DNA of 64,000 nucleotides from Dimorphilus gyrociliatus (Eukaryota; Animalia; Annelida): positions 1,315,647 to 1,379,646 of the forward strand of contig CAJFCJ010000006.1 of NCBI GenBank assembly GCA_904063045.1, given 5' to 3'. Below, one piece after another: positions 52,027 through 64,000 of the stretch (positions within the stretch are counted from its first letter, which is position 1; every line of letters starts with the position of its first letter). Below the pieces are notes generated by a model. It saw only the letters and a list, made by a program, of their open reading frames with translations, ran no database searches and was not told where the DNA came from. The position numbers and the translations under genes were made by a program.

Positions 52027-52888
52027 ATTTTCGTGACCTTAGTTACCAATTAAAGAATGTTTTACACGGAAGGATTTCCCGGAGTCACGTGATTAAGTAA
52101 ACTATCCTTTTATCAAATATGTTTTTATTCTTAACTGGAAAGGAAATTAAATTTTTTCCAGCTGTTTAAAGAGCATTTTAACAACATTAGCTCTTTTTTT
52201 CACTCATAATTACAAATGGTTTACGATAGATCGTTTTAAAATAACGATCGATACGAAAAGCAAACGATAGCTATTCCCCATTCCAATAGCTTAATTCCTT
52301 TATCAATTTTTTTTGTACACGTTCTACTACTTTACATAGCTTTTTATTTTATTTTAAATTCAAAAAATTTTTTTTTTAAAAAAAAAATCGCTGAAATATT
52401 TTTGCATGTATTACTTCTTTTTATTAAAAAACAAAAAGAAGAAGAGAAGAAAGAGTTTTAGAAGAAGAATTGAAGAAAATAAAGATAAGTTTGCAATCGG
52501 TGTTAGTGATATTCAAAACTTGAAATTGTATACTGTAAAAACAAAATCTTTTTTCCTTCCTTTTTAAAACTATTTAACAGCCACCATATTTTTTTGGAGT
52601 GTATATTTGTTCTTTTTAAAGAATGTTCTTTTTTTTTCAGAGTGAAAAAAAAAACATGGCAGTTATCAAATATAAAAGATTACCTAGGGTGAAATTCGAT
52701 AAAGATTTCACTTAATAAAGTACGTAATTTCAAGGCATTTTGTCTTTTTCATCAGATATATTAAGAACATTTATAAAAGTCTCTTAATATCTGATAGATA
52801 AGGAGGAAAAAAATACAGTAGTTTACACACGCCACACAAAGTTCTTTTTTCTTAATTTGTTAAGTGAATAATACTGATATTTGTCATT

Positions 52889-53413
52889 TTATCTTGCTGT
52901 TTCGGCAAAGTTCTTCTTAACATTTACAAGTGATCCAGTTAGCGAATGCCACAGGTAAAGGTCCCTGGATGCAAAAGAATTTCCCTCGTATGATTGTCCA
53001 CCATTAGAGGGTGCCGAAATAGAAGCCCTTGTTGACGTAGGTAATTTACCTCCAACACTCTTCTTACACCAACTGGTAGGTCCGTATGTGTAGCCTTTGT
53101 TAATATCAAACTTATTTCTCCTATTGTTGTAAGCGCAAGGAGGTAAGCGTAATCTACAGGTTCCGTTTTTCTTCTCTTCAACAGCTATACTTCCGTGATA
53201 GACTGGCGGATAAAAGGCTGTGTTGCTAAATGGTCTTGTATAAGCGTTAATTATGTCCAATTTTCTTTGAGTGTCATCTTCCGGTTTGGCCGGTAGTTTT
53301 CTTGCAGGTAGTTTCGCCAATCTTTCGGCTTCGTCTTTTAAGAAAAAACCATAGTTTTCATTTGTCGTAACAGGCTTTTGTTGCGACCAATGGTAATAAC
53401 CTGGTCTTGCCAT
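52889..53413 (-). CDS. Uncharacterised basic 174-aa protein, single exon
   Basis: Stop-free 525-nt ORF starting at an ATG in very AT-rich surroundings, with coding-like composition. An X-box-like GTCGCTATGGTAC lies at 53486-53498. No family recognised. Confidence 0.6.
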   Translation of the reverse strand: MARPGYYHWSQQKPVTTNENYGFFLKDEAERLAKLPARKLPAKPEDDTQRKLDIINAYTRPFSNTAFYPPVYHGSIAVEEKKNGTCRLRLPPCAYNNRRNKFDINKGYTYGPTSWCKKSVGGKLPTSTRASISAPSNGGQSYEGNSFASRDLYLWHSLTGSLVNVKKNFAETAR

Positions 53414-53780
53414 TACTCTGCTGCTATAATGAAACAATCCTTATAGTCAACGAAATCGAAAAAAGATTACTGTTGTCAGGACGCCGTCGCTATGGTACTT
53501 GGACGCATGCGTAAAGTTTTGATTATAAAGTGGCGTCATCTACCTTTCTTAGGTAGGCAATGCCCTCATAATCCCCTTTTATGAGTTTTTCTATCAAAAT
53601 ACTGAATAATTTATACATATAGATTTTTTATTACTTTTGGAATTACATATGTTCAAGTAATTAACGAACAACAAAATTTAACAATTGAACAGTTATAAAA
53701 ACAAATTGTATACACTTGTATACTATTAAGTAGTTTATAATTTACGTACATCTCTCCAAAAAAAATTGAACAAAGTCAAA

Positions 53781-56700
53781 CTAAAAGTATTTAGTTTTGT
53801 TTAGTGCTCTTTCGGCAACAATATCTGTATCAGTTGTCATTTTCTCCCAGTCTGACGCTGTTTGTCCAATAACAAAACCAATATCCCTTTGCCGTCTATG
53901 AGATTTCCTTTCTTCTATATCCGCCCACCTTACCTATTTGTAAAGAAGTAAAGATCAAAGTATTTTCAAAGTTATTAGATATACAGTATTTCTATTATTT
54001 ATAACTCTTAGTACTCTTTATACATACTCTTTTTCGGCCGGACTGCGATGTTCTGGAGTAATAGTCACTATCTAATTGCAAATAGTCATTCAAATCTACT
54101 GGCGAACGTTCTCTTTTGAACCTACTCGATCGAAGACCGTCAAGTTTATCTATTTTTAAAGACAAGCAAAAAAAAACATAATTAATAACAAATGACAAAT
54201 ATAAAACAAAAACATATCACTGCTAATGATAATTTATAAAACGTTCCTAAACCTAAAAATAGATTATTGTTGAAATTGAAACTAGCGAATCGTTAATGAA
54301 AGAAAAAACAACACATTCTTGTAATGAAAAATGCTTGTATTTTCTTTTTAAAAAAAAAATGAAAAAAGAAAAACAATACAAGTTTAAAATCTTTTTTGAG
54401 TAAATCAAAAACTTCAAAATCATATCAACTGAAAAAACTTTTTATTTATTACAATAATATAGGATTTTTTATTTTTATTATATAATTTATATAATATAAT
54501 CTTACCTAGTTTATCTTCACTGGCGTCTATTTCCCATTTACTAGACTTGTAACCCTATAAAAGTGTTAATAGATATATTATACTTGTCTCTACATTGATT
54601 TACATTAAATTATTTTTTATTTAATCCATACAATCCAACTTTCAGCTCCTTCGATATCTCCTTCTTTTTCGTCTCTCATATCTTGGCTAATTTCTGATTG
54701 ATCTATTAGTTCATCTGTATCTTCCATTTCAACCTATGGATTTTTATTGATTTTCTTATAAGACCTTATAAGATCAAAAAATATTGTATTGTATTATAAT
54801 ACCTCCTCAATTGGGTCTTCTGATAATGGATTTAAATCAACAATACTACAATGTTTAGGTGTCGGTTGCCAGCCCGAAATAATCTTTATAATAAAAAAAT
54901 CATACGCTTATTAATACAGTTATTCTTTCTTTAAAAAAATATACCATACCTTTTTAATATCCTCTAAACTTCGATTGTGAATATTTCTATTTGCGCAAAT
55001 TTCAGCATCCTTAATTAATTCACCAACGAAAACCTGCAAATAATTTCAATACATCGTTTATTAAACGCTTAATTTTATATTAGAATTAATAATAATTATA
55101 TAATTTATATATATTAATTCTTTTTAAAAAAAGAATATAATTAAAATATGAATATTTTATTGATTAGTCTTAAATTAATTATATAGAATATTTATAGATA
55201 AGAATAAAAAAATATTCAACCAACAGACCTGATTGTAAATTGAGCTTATTTCCGTAGAACGAAAAACAATTTGCTCGAAATAATAATAAGTAATTTTCGC
55301 AAAAAATAACAAATTTGCGCTCGTTTAATAAATACGATAATATCGGAAATAATTCGCAAAGATAACTTTTCTCAGATTGCGGGGAAAAAAAAAAAGAATA
55401 ATGAAAACAAAACATTAAAAAGCGAAGAGAGTAGTAATTATTAATAAGATTAAATATACACATTATACAGTATATACAAAATTTTATATAAAGATAATAT
55501 GAAAAATATTCTCACTGGATAAAATATTTTTGGCTTTAGTAAACAGTCCAACAAAGTTAAAACTTATGCTAAAAATAAACTATTATAGCACCTTTTTGCT
55601 TACATTATTTGTTCCCTATTTATAATCTTTTTTGAGTAATTTATAACTACTTTTCCTTTGACAGATTTACAACTTATAGATATTTAAGTAAAATAGAATA
55701 TCAATTTAGGCCGAGACAGAAATTACCAACCTGAAATCCTTTTACTTTAGCGTAACTCCAAAATCTATCCAACAGATCAGTTTTGTCAAAAACAGCGTCA
55801 ACGACAATAAAATTAAAATATCCATTATCAATTTGCTTTCGAAAAGCTTTTAATAAAGACTCGGCGTAAGCTTTCTCCATTTTACCATCAAAGTCATACA
55901 TTAACTTTGTTTCAGTAGAACTTTTACCCGCCTCATTAACGACCTTTTCCTCCACCTCATCGATAAAATAATCATCGATTGACATCAGTCTTGGAGCTGT
56001 TCCGCCATGTTTAACTTCTCTCTCTTTGATCATTTTAGCTGCTCGGCTTTTGCCAGAGCCAGGTGCACCTCTTATTAAAATAACTAATCTATCAGCGCGA
56101 CGAGATCTTCCAGGTTCATCCAAGATATCAGTTATAGATAAGTTGATACCTTTCAGTTTTGGTTGAGATTTCATATTAGGTCCAAATCTACCAAACCCAG
56201 AGGGTACTCTGCATTATTTTTATATCATATTTGTTACAAAATAAAAAGCTTCTTATTAATTATTCTTAAATTAATTTTAGGATAACTAATTAAAAAGTAA
56301 ATCAATCCGGAATAAAGAATAAGTAGCCTAATAAGTAGTTTCTAAAAATAGAAAAAAATTAATTTCCTTAAGCCGTATGATGTGTATACTACGAGATTTT
56401 ACTGGAATATTTAGGGCGAGTAAGCTATAAATCTTATTTACGAAGAGAATTTGAAAGAAAATAAAAAAATAATACAAATCAATATCATGTCGTTCTCTTC
56501 TCCATTTTGTAATATCCTTTTCCTTGACTTCATCTTCACTATCAGATCCACAAGTCTTTTTTCTTTCACGATTTCTAGATGAACTATCTCCACTTGATGA
56601 GCTATTACTTCTTCTTGTTCTGTTTTTGTCGGTACTGTCACTTCTACTTCGTCTCCTTCGTCTAGAAATGCTATGATTTGTTTTATAAAGTCTTTCTCTA

Positions 56701-59528
56701 TCTCTGTCTAACTCTTGTAAATAGTTCCGATGACGATTAGAAAATTCTCTGGTTTCCCTTTTTCTCTCAATATCTCTGAGTCGTTCATCATCTTTCCTTC
56801 CTACTGCATCGTCACCTACTTTAGCACCAAATGTATCTCCTTTCTCATTAGAATGTCCATAATCACGAACATCGGAAACGCCGTGTCCGTAGTCGATCAC
56901 TTCTTTAGGATGTTCTACTGTTTTTCTAGTTTCCACGGGAACGGAATGTGAATTTGGCTGTTTCTTAAGAGTGTTTATGAAAGAAGGATCATCCAAATAG
57001 GAATCGAAAAAGTCCGGTCTAGGGGCAATATCATTTTCAAAGGCCGAAAAAATTCTTCGATATTTTTGGGTTGTGTTTTTTTCTTTAATTAATTTTAAAC
57101 CTTCGGCTGCTTTGCTTAAAATATCACCCTGTAAACCAGTCAAATTCACACCACTCAATAATTTATTTACATCTACATTCGGCACTGAAGAGCTTTTATT
57201 CGTTTGTTTTCTTCTTTTTTCATATGGTGGTAGATCTTCGTATAGTTCATCATAATACAATTTACCATCTGTCAGATCAATGTTGTCGTTATTATAGGTA
57301 TCATGTCTTCCGCTATCAAAATTTTCATCGAAATCGTCTCTATCATTAAAAGAGTTCGTTTTCGAATGAAATGAGCTATGACCTCTTCCTCTCCTACCTC
57401 CCCTTGATTCATCAAGAAATGGCTGATTTTCAGGAAATTCTCTGTTGTAATTGCCAGGAGCTGGAGCTCGACCTCTCTGGGGGTTATAGCCATCTTCGAA
57501 TGAAGAGTTAGAGTTACACCTTCCTCGACCATACTTATTAATATTGGTATTTAATTCGGCGTCCGAAGGGTATTGCCGTTCATCATTTTCGTGTTGTAAA
57601 GGTCGGCGAACTTCTTGACTTTGATTTCTTGGGAGGTGTTCGTCATCTTCATATGTAGGAATATGTCCAAAGTTTCTGCATTCCTGACTTTCGCCTTGAA
57701 AGTTTTCATCTACTGCAAGTGGAGGGCCAAATTTAGATCTTCCTCTTATTCCAGCTTTGGGTTTTATTTTTGGTTGGTTCCATTCCCCGCCACCACCTCC
57801 TAATTGAGCAGTATCACTTGCATTATCTGGAGGATTAAAGCCACATCTGGAAAAATTTACATTCTGTTGATAACCACATTTGTTTTCCTCTTTTTGGTTA
57901 AAGTTCTCCGTTTGAGGTAAATGAGTTTCCTTGAAATTATCGCAAGGTCTACGAAATTGTGCAATGTCCAATTGTTCAGCTAAGGCATTATTAGGATCAA
58001 AATTAATTCTATCATCTACTTTTTGTGAGTGCTCGTTAAGTGAATGAATTACTACATCAGAATGTCCAGGGAATCCAAATGGAAGTCTTGATAGTCTTTC
58101 ATTTTCTATAATAGGTGTTGTAGGCCTAAAGTTAAGATTGAGCTGATTCCGTTGGTCAATAAATCCAGCTACCGGTCTTTGTGGAATTCCAATAGGAAGT
58201 ACAGATGGCTGAAAATAATTTTGATTGATTGAGGTAAATGGCTGCTGTTTAGGAATCCTAACATCCATTCCTAATCTGTGTTGTAAATCTTGTTGGAATG
58301 GCTGAGGTTGATCCCATCCAGTATTTCCTACCCATTGATCCGGTACATGTAGTCTAGTCTGATCACTGAATTGAGGTCGCTGATGGACAAATTGGGTAAG
58401 CGGTTGTCCCTGACTAATTTGAGGTACAACGGGGCGATTCCACTGATTTTGGTTAGGAATGGATAGATTCGGCATTGGAATTGGATTTCTTAATGGCAGT
58501 CTGGCATTCGAAACATTTAAAGATAACTGTGCAGCTTGAATCATATTTGGTGGACGGGAGACTTGAGCAGATAATATCCCAAATTTCTCATCAGGTGGAA
58601 TTTGAGACAAGACGGGAGAGCCTAAATTTTGCAAAGTTTGATGTTTTCTATTTGCTATCTCTGATCGACGCGATTCCATTTGTTCTTCATATTGATGCCA
58701 TTGCTGCTCATATTGTTGAAATTGGTCTTTATTTGGGTGGTCTGAAGAGGAAAAAAATGCACTTACTTTACTTTTTATCAAAGAGAAAACATAGATTTCC
58801 AAATCTTGAAAAGGTCAACTGACATTTTCATTTGTCAAAACAAATTATAACAACAACGATTAGCTAAAAGTAAATATAAAAATGTTACCTTTATTTGCTG
58901 CTTTCCAATCTTCGTATTGCTTTTTCCATTCTTTGTATTGCTTGCTAAATTCTCGCTCTTCTTGTTCAATTATTTGCAACTCTATTATTTAAAATAAGTA
59001 TCTTAATTACTTGTTACAATGCATTTTCTTAAGAATTAAACCAATTCCCAAGCTAAACTAATTTACATAGTATAATTAACTTGCGGTGTATTGACTTTAC
59101 GTGCCTCGAAAAATTTACATAATCATTACTTTTATATAAAAAAAAATTGCAAACTTTTGGCAATATTTTAAACAATGTTAAAACATTTATAGTTTGATTA
59201 CTATGTACTTTTGTGCGAAACGTGTAGATAAATAATAGCTGCATTTACCTTTTGAAGTTTGCTGAACATGTGATGATTTTTGATGTTGCTGCCACTGGGC
59301 TGCTTGATTTTGTAGTTCAGTTAATTTTATTTCTTCCTCCATATTTTGAGCTCTTAATTCTTCCTATTAATTTATTATTTGATACAATAATCCATAATAA
59401 TAAGAGAAATATAATTTATTTACCGTAGGAGGATCAGTAGGTGGTGGAGGGGGCCGAATTTGAATCGGCTGTTGCCAATTGACTTGAGCATTTGGCAAGG
59501 TCTGCAATGGCCATCCTCTTCCAATCAT
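53781..59528 (-). CDS. YLPM1: YLP motif-containing protein 1 (ZAP3)
   Basis: EFSKQYKEWKKQYEDWK..HPNKDQFQQYEQQW. P-loop domain LVILIRGAPGSGKS..RLMSIDDYF. C-terminus VRWADIEE..IGFVIGQT..AERALNKTKYF-stop. The start codon is uncertain. Confidence 0.9.
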
Positions 59529-60079
59529 AATTAATAATTGTATCTGTATATATGTGTGAGTTAGGTATTAATCATGGAGATGATGGACAAAATCTAAGAC
59601 GATAGCTCAGAGAACGATGAATAAATGAAAACAAACATGGCCGAATCTTCAGGAGCAGTAGCTGTTAGTTGCCTTTAATTAATTACTTATATTCATATCT
59701 TTTGTTGTGAGAGCAGAAAATGTAGAGTTAGATAGATTTCTATTGTAAGAAACAGTAAGGAAATCCTAAGCACTGATAAAGCTTTGGCAGAATATCAAAA
59801 TAAACTGGATTCCTGTTCCTTTTTCAATTGACTGGTCATCGGTTTTTTTAAACGTAAATACGGCCACGCGAATAAATGGCCAATCCTACAGGTACTCTAA
59901 TTAATATTGGTTAAATTCCAAACGATAAGACGTTTTTGAACAAACTTTACTATTAGGTTGTTCAAAACCAACGAAATCTGATTTATTTATTTTTAAATCA
60001 CTTATTAATGTTTCTTAAAATTTGAGAATCGATTTCAAAGATTCATCAATAGAATTTAACTTAACAGAAACCCTTAATT

Positions 60080-61381
60080 ATGTCTACTAATAACAACGAT
60101 CTACTACGACAACGGAAAAAAATGCCAGAAGGAGAAGAAATCGAAGTCTTATTGAAAGAAAATGATGGTGAAGAAGAAACGACCCCAACGCCCATTGTAT
60201 CAAAACCCAGTGAAGAAGGTTCTCATCAAATGGCTCTTCAGGTGTTTCCTTCATTTATCATCGCCGGAATTGGTCTAGTGGCTGCTGGTCTTGTTCTGGA
60301 CAAGGTTCAACATTGGGAAGTTTACACAAAGTTACATCAAATCACAGTTTTAGTCACTCCTTTATTAGGGCTTAAAGGAAATTTAGAAATGACCCTTGCC
60401 AGTCGATTGTCTACATTTGCAAATAGACCAAATAAAAAACACTCTAATCTAACAGCTGCGTGGGGAAATATATGCTTGGTACAACTTCAAGCAACTGTTG
60501 TTGGAATTTTAGCAGCAATTGTTGCTGCTGTGTTCGGGTGGATACCAAAAGGACAGTTTAATTTTCAAAATTCAGTTGTTGCAGCGTCTGCAAGTGTTGC
60601 AACTGCAATGTCAGCTTCATTAATTCTAAGTGTAGTTATGGTATTGGTAGTTACTGGGGCCAGAAAGTGCAAATTGAATCCAGACAATATTGCAACCCCT
60701 TTGGCAGCGGCTCTGGGAGACGTGACTACTTTGACTTTACTATCTGCCATCGCGAGCCTAATCTACTTATCACACTTCAAATGGTTGCCTTATCTTATAC
60801 TATCAATTGCCTTATGTCTTTCTCCTTTCTGGTATATTATGTCGGCCAAAAATGAGTTAGTTAAAGATGCCCTATCTGATGGATGGACACCAATTATTAG
60901 TGCTATGGTGATATCGTCTGCAGGTGGTCTCGTACTTGATTTCGCATTATCATCCTTCGAAGGTCTTGCTGTCTTCCAACCAGTTGTGAACGGGGCGGGA
61001 GGAAATATAGCAGCTATTCACGCTTCACGTTTGTCAACAGCTTTACATACAGACAAACCAATCAATATAAAGAAATCAGCGTTCGTACTGTTAGGAATCA
61101 TGATTCCAGGTCACTTAGCCTTTTTAGGAATTATAACATATTGTGAAGCAGGACATGTCGCAATAACTCCAGCTCTCATTATTAGTTACTTTTGTGCTGC
61201 TCTTCTACAAGTGATTATTCTGTTATTTATAGCACCTGTTATCGTTAAGGCTGCATGGAATAGAAAGCTTGATCCAGACAGTGTTGCAATTCCATATTTA
61301 ACGGCAATAGGGGATCTTTTGGGATCAATGTTTTTATTGACAGCTTTCTATCTTCTGCATAAGATGAACAGTTTGAATTGA
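60080..61381 (+). CDS. SLC41A1: Solute carrier family 41 Mg2+ transporter (single exon)
   Basis: Two MgtE repeats with PLLGLKGNLEMTLASRLST, NPDNIATPLAAALGDV, QPVVNGAGGN and DPDSVAIPYLTAIGDLLG. The symbol denotes the family; the paralogue number cannot be resolved. Confidence 0.9.
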   Translation: MSTNNNDLLRQRKKMPEGEEIEVLLKENDGEEETTPTPIVSKPSEEGSHQMALQVFPSFIIAGIGLVAAGLVLDKVQHWEVYTKLHQITVLVTPLLGLKGNLEMTLASRLSTFANRPNKKHSNLTAAWGNICLVQLQATVVGILAAIVAAVFGWIPKGQFNFQNSVVAASASVATAMSASLILSVVMVLVVTGARKCKLNPDNIATPLAAALGDVTTLTLLSAIASLIYLSHFKWLPYLILSIALCLSPFWYIMSAKNELVKDALSDGWTPIISAMVISSAGGLVLDFALSSFEGLAVFQPVVNGAGGNIAAIHASRLSTALHTDKPINIKKSAFVLLGIMIPGHLAFLGIITYCEAGHVAITPALIISYFCAALLQVIILLFIAPVIVKAAWNRKLDPDSVAIPYLTAIGDLLGSMFLLTAFYLLHKMNSLN

Positions 61382-61913
61382 AAATTAAATATTGAGAAAA
61401 ATAGTTTAATATTTAAAAACTGTTACAATTTTGGAATTAAAACTTTCGAAAATTAGTCATAATTCAAAACTTTCGATTCAATTGAAATTATTTATTTCAG
61501 TTACAATAAAAATTTCACAAAAAGATAACAAAATACTGAGTAATTTTTAAATAGTATAAAATATAAATATTATCACTATGTCATATTGGCCTATAAAACC
61601 AGTCAATGCGAGTCTACTTATTAATCAATATTTCGAAATGTTATTTCCAACCATTGATTAACAGGTTTCTGTCTTCATATCCGCCATTTTCATTTAAAGT
61701 CTTCAACATTCAGCTGATATTTACATCAAACATCGAAATTAATTTTCCAGATAATAGTTCTAATATCACATTATATAAAATATACCATCTACAACCGACA
61801 ACCTTAATATGGTTAATATTAACAAAACGAAACTAAATAAAGAAAGCAGACCGCTTTATTTCTTAACAATTTAAATTTAATCATATTTCCAGTTACACAA
61901 CGCCGCTAAAGAC

Positions 61914-64000
61914 ATGGAAATCGACGAGAGCTTATATTCAAGGCAGCTGTACGTTCTCGGACATGAAGCAATGAGAAGAATGGCTCAATCAAACGTTCTC
62001 ATAGCCGGGATGCGAGGCCTTGGGGTTGAAATAGCAAAGAACATAGTTCTTGGAGGTGTAAAAGCCGTCACCATTCAAGATACTGGCAAAGCTCAATGGG
62101 GTGATTTATCTTCTCAGGTATATTCAGAATCCTATGTCTTTCAGTTCATTTCACAATAAACTGAAATTTTATGCATTTACAGTTCTTTTTGAGAGAAGAG
62201 GATTTAGGAAAATACAGAGTTGATGTGGTTCAACCCCGTTTAGCAGAATTAAACAGATATGTTCCTATTAGCATTTACAAAAAGGAACTACAAGAGGAAT
62301 TTGTTTCTGATTTCAACGTTGTCGTTCTAACTAACTCTAGCATAGAGGAACAGCGTAAAATAGCTGATTTCTGCCATACTAAAGATATCTGCGTCATAAT
62401 TGCTGACACAAAAGGATTATTTGGGTTAGAAATCATTTCAATTTCCTATATGATTCAGTATTTTGTAAATATGATGTAAAACTATGTTTGACTGAAAGTT
62501 CATTAATGAAAGTTTCGGATATGGGCCTGATTTTATGATTTTTGTTTTGATTATTTACAAACCTTATGTTCGATGTTATTCTATATTATCCTTTTAATTC
62601 CAGGCAAATATTTTGTGATTTTGGCAAATCCTTTACTGTATATGATGATAATGGTGAACAACCTCTCTCATATATGGTGGCAAATATTGAGCAAAGCGAA
62701 TTAGGCGTCGTCACTTGTTTGGATGATCAGAGACAAGAATTTCAAGATGGTGATTACGTAACGTTCACCGAGGTTCATGGAATGACCGAACTAAATGAAT
62801 GCGAACCACGAAAAATTAAATGTTTAGGACCATACACATTCTCCATAGGTGACACATCGAAATTCAGCAGCTATAGTCGTGGAGGAATCGTTAAACAAGT
62901 CAAAACAGCAAGAAAAATAGAATTCAAAAGTTTCAGTGAATCTCTGAAGTCACCGGAATTTGTCATTTCCGATTTCGCTAAATTTGATAGGCCAGCGCAG
63001 TTACATGCAGGCTTTCAAGCTTTGCACAAGTTTGTTCAAAGCAATCAAGCTTTACCAGGACCGAGAAACGAAAAAGATGCCGAAAAAGTACTAAATCTTG
63101 CAAAAGAAATTGATAGCGAAAATGGAGCAGCCGATATAATTAAAGATTTAGCAATGCAAGCCACAGGCGACCTCTGTCCAATGCAATCTGTGATTGGTTC
63201 AATTGCGGCTCAAGAAGTAATGAAAGCTTGTTCTGGAAAGTTTATGCCCATAGTACAATGGTTTTACTTTGACGCTGTTGAATGTATTCCTGCAGACACT
63301 GTTTTAACGGAAAAAGATTGCAAGCCTAAAAAATGCAGATACGATGGACAAATCGCTGTGTTTGGTGAAAAGTTTCAAGAAATTTTAGGAAATCAAAAAT
63401 ACTTTTTAGTCGGGGCAGGAGCTATAGGCTGTGAAATGCTTAAGAATTGGGCAATGATTGGATTAGCTTGTGGTTCCAATGGCCAAGCTTGGGTCACTGA
63501 TATGGATATTATTGAAAGATCTAACTTGAACAGACAGTTCTTATTCAGACCAGAAAATGTAGGAAAAACCAAGTCTGCAACAGCAGCTAATGCTTGTAGT
63601 CAAATGAATCCGAAATTTAACATATATCCTCAAGAAAATCGTGTTGGGCCTGAAACAGAAAATATTTATACAGATGACTTTTTTGAAAATTTGGATGGCG
63701 TTACTAATGCTCTGGATAATGTAGACGCCAGAATCTATATAGATAGAAGATGTGTATACTATCGTAAACCTCTCCTTGAATCGGGTACATTAGGAACGAA
63801 AGGAAACGTTCAAGTCGTTATTCCTTGGGTTACTGAATCCTATTCATCTTCTCACGATCCGCCAGAAAAGTCTATTCCAATATGTACTCTAAAAAATTTT
63901 CCTAACGCTATAGAACACACTCTACAATGGGCTCGTGATCAATTTGAAGGAATTTTCAAACAAGCCCCTGAGAGTGCTGAACAATATTTAAAGGACAGCA
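61914..64000 (+). CDS. UBA1: Ubiquitin-activating enzyme E1, 5' part (runs off the window)
   Basis: Exons 61914-62117, 62183-62424 and 62604 to the window end. [45 protein letters not shown] and the catalytic [13 protein letters not shown] short upstream coding exon is possible. Confidence 0.96.
62465..62536 (+). ncRNA. Intronic box C/D snoRNA, SNORD99-like guide
   Basis: Located in UBA1 intron 62425-62603. C-like box ATGATGT (62471), D' CTGA (62492), guide CGGATATGGG (62516-62525), D box CTGA (62527-62530) and a short terminal stem. The guide is complementary to the 28S rRNA sequence CCCATATCCG. Confidence 0.7.

Noticed and set aside
55036-55720. Long YLPM1 intron with AATTTGC(G)CTCG and AATT(TT)CGCAAA echoes as a snoRNA or MITE
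   Set aside because: I could not identify C/D or H/ACA boxes, a guide sequence or terminal inverted repeats.

Overview
This window is AT-rich animal genomic DNA, not prokaryotic, with very short GT-AG introns (mostly about 55-75 nt) and tightly packed genes. That pattern fits a miniaturised spiralian genome such as Dimorphilus gyrociliatus (inference only). All gene models were spliced by eye. The left 37 kb is accessory DNA with two interleaved tandem families. Family 1 has eight secreted-protein loci built from a signal peptide plus 1-3 Calx-beta-like two-Cys repeats. Six of them add a GDPH-type site and an ITIH C-terminal-like domain but have no VIT or vWA domains. The set includes intact GDPH genes, a DDPH variant, a site-dead GSQH variant, two stand-alone repeat genes and a probable pseudogene. 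Family 2 has five F-type-lectin-like receptors, four of them with CTL-like and EGF domains, with related ectodomains and five different membrane outputs: tandem PTP, Cys/Tyr tail, ITAM-like tail, minimal tail and GPI-like signal. A CHST11-like sulfotransferase lies in the middle and FOXJ2/3 lies at the left edge. The right 26 kb holds conserved genes: MORN1, a CERK-like kinase, SGTA, CEP104, SPATA48/SPMIP7, a CABIT-SAM protein, an orphan ORF, YLPM1, SLC41A and the 5' part of UBA1. A UBA1 intron contains a candidate SNORD99-like C/D snoRNA.
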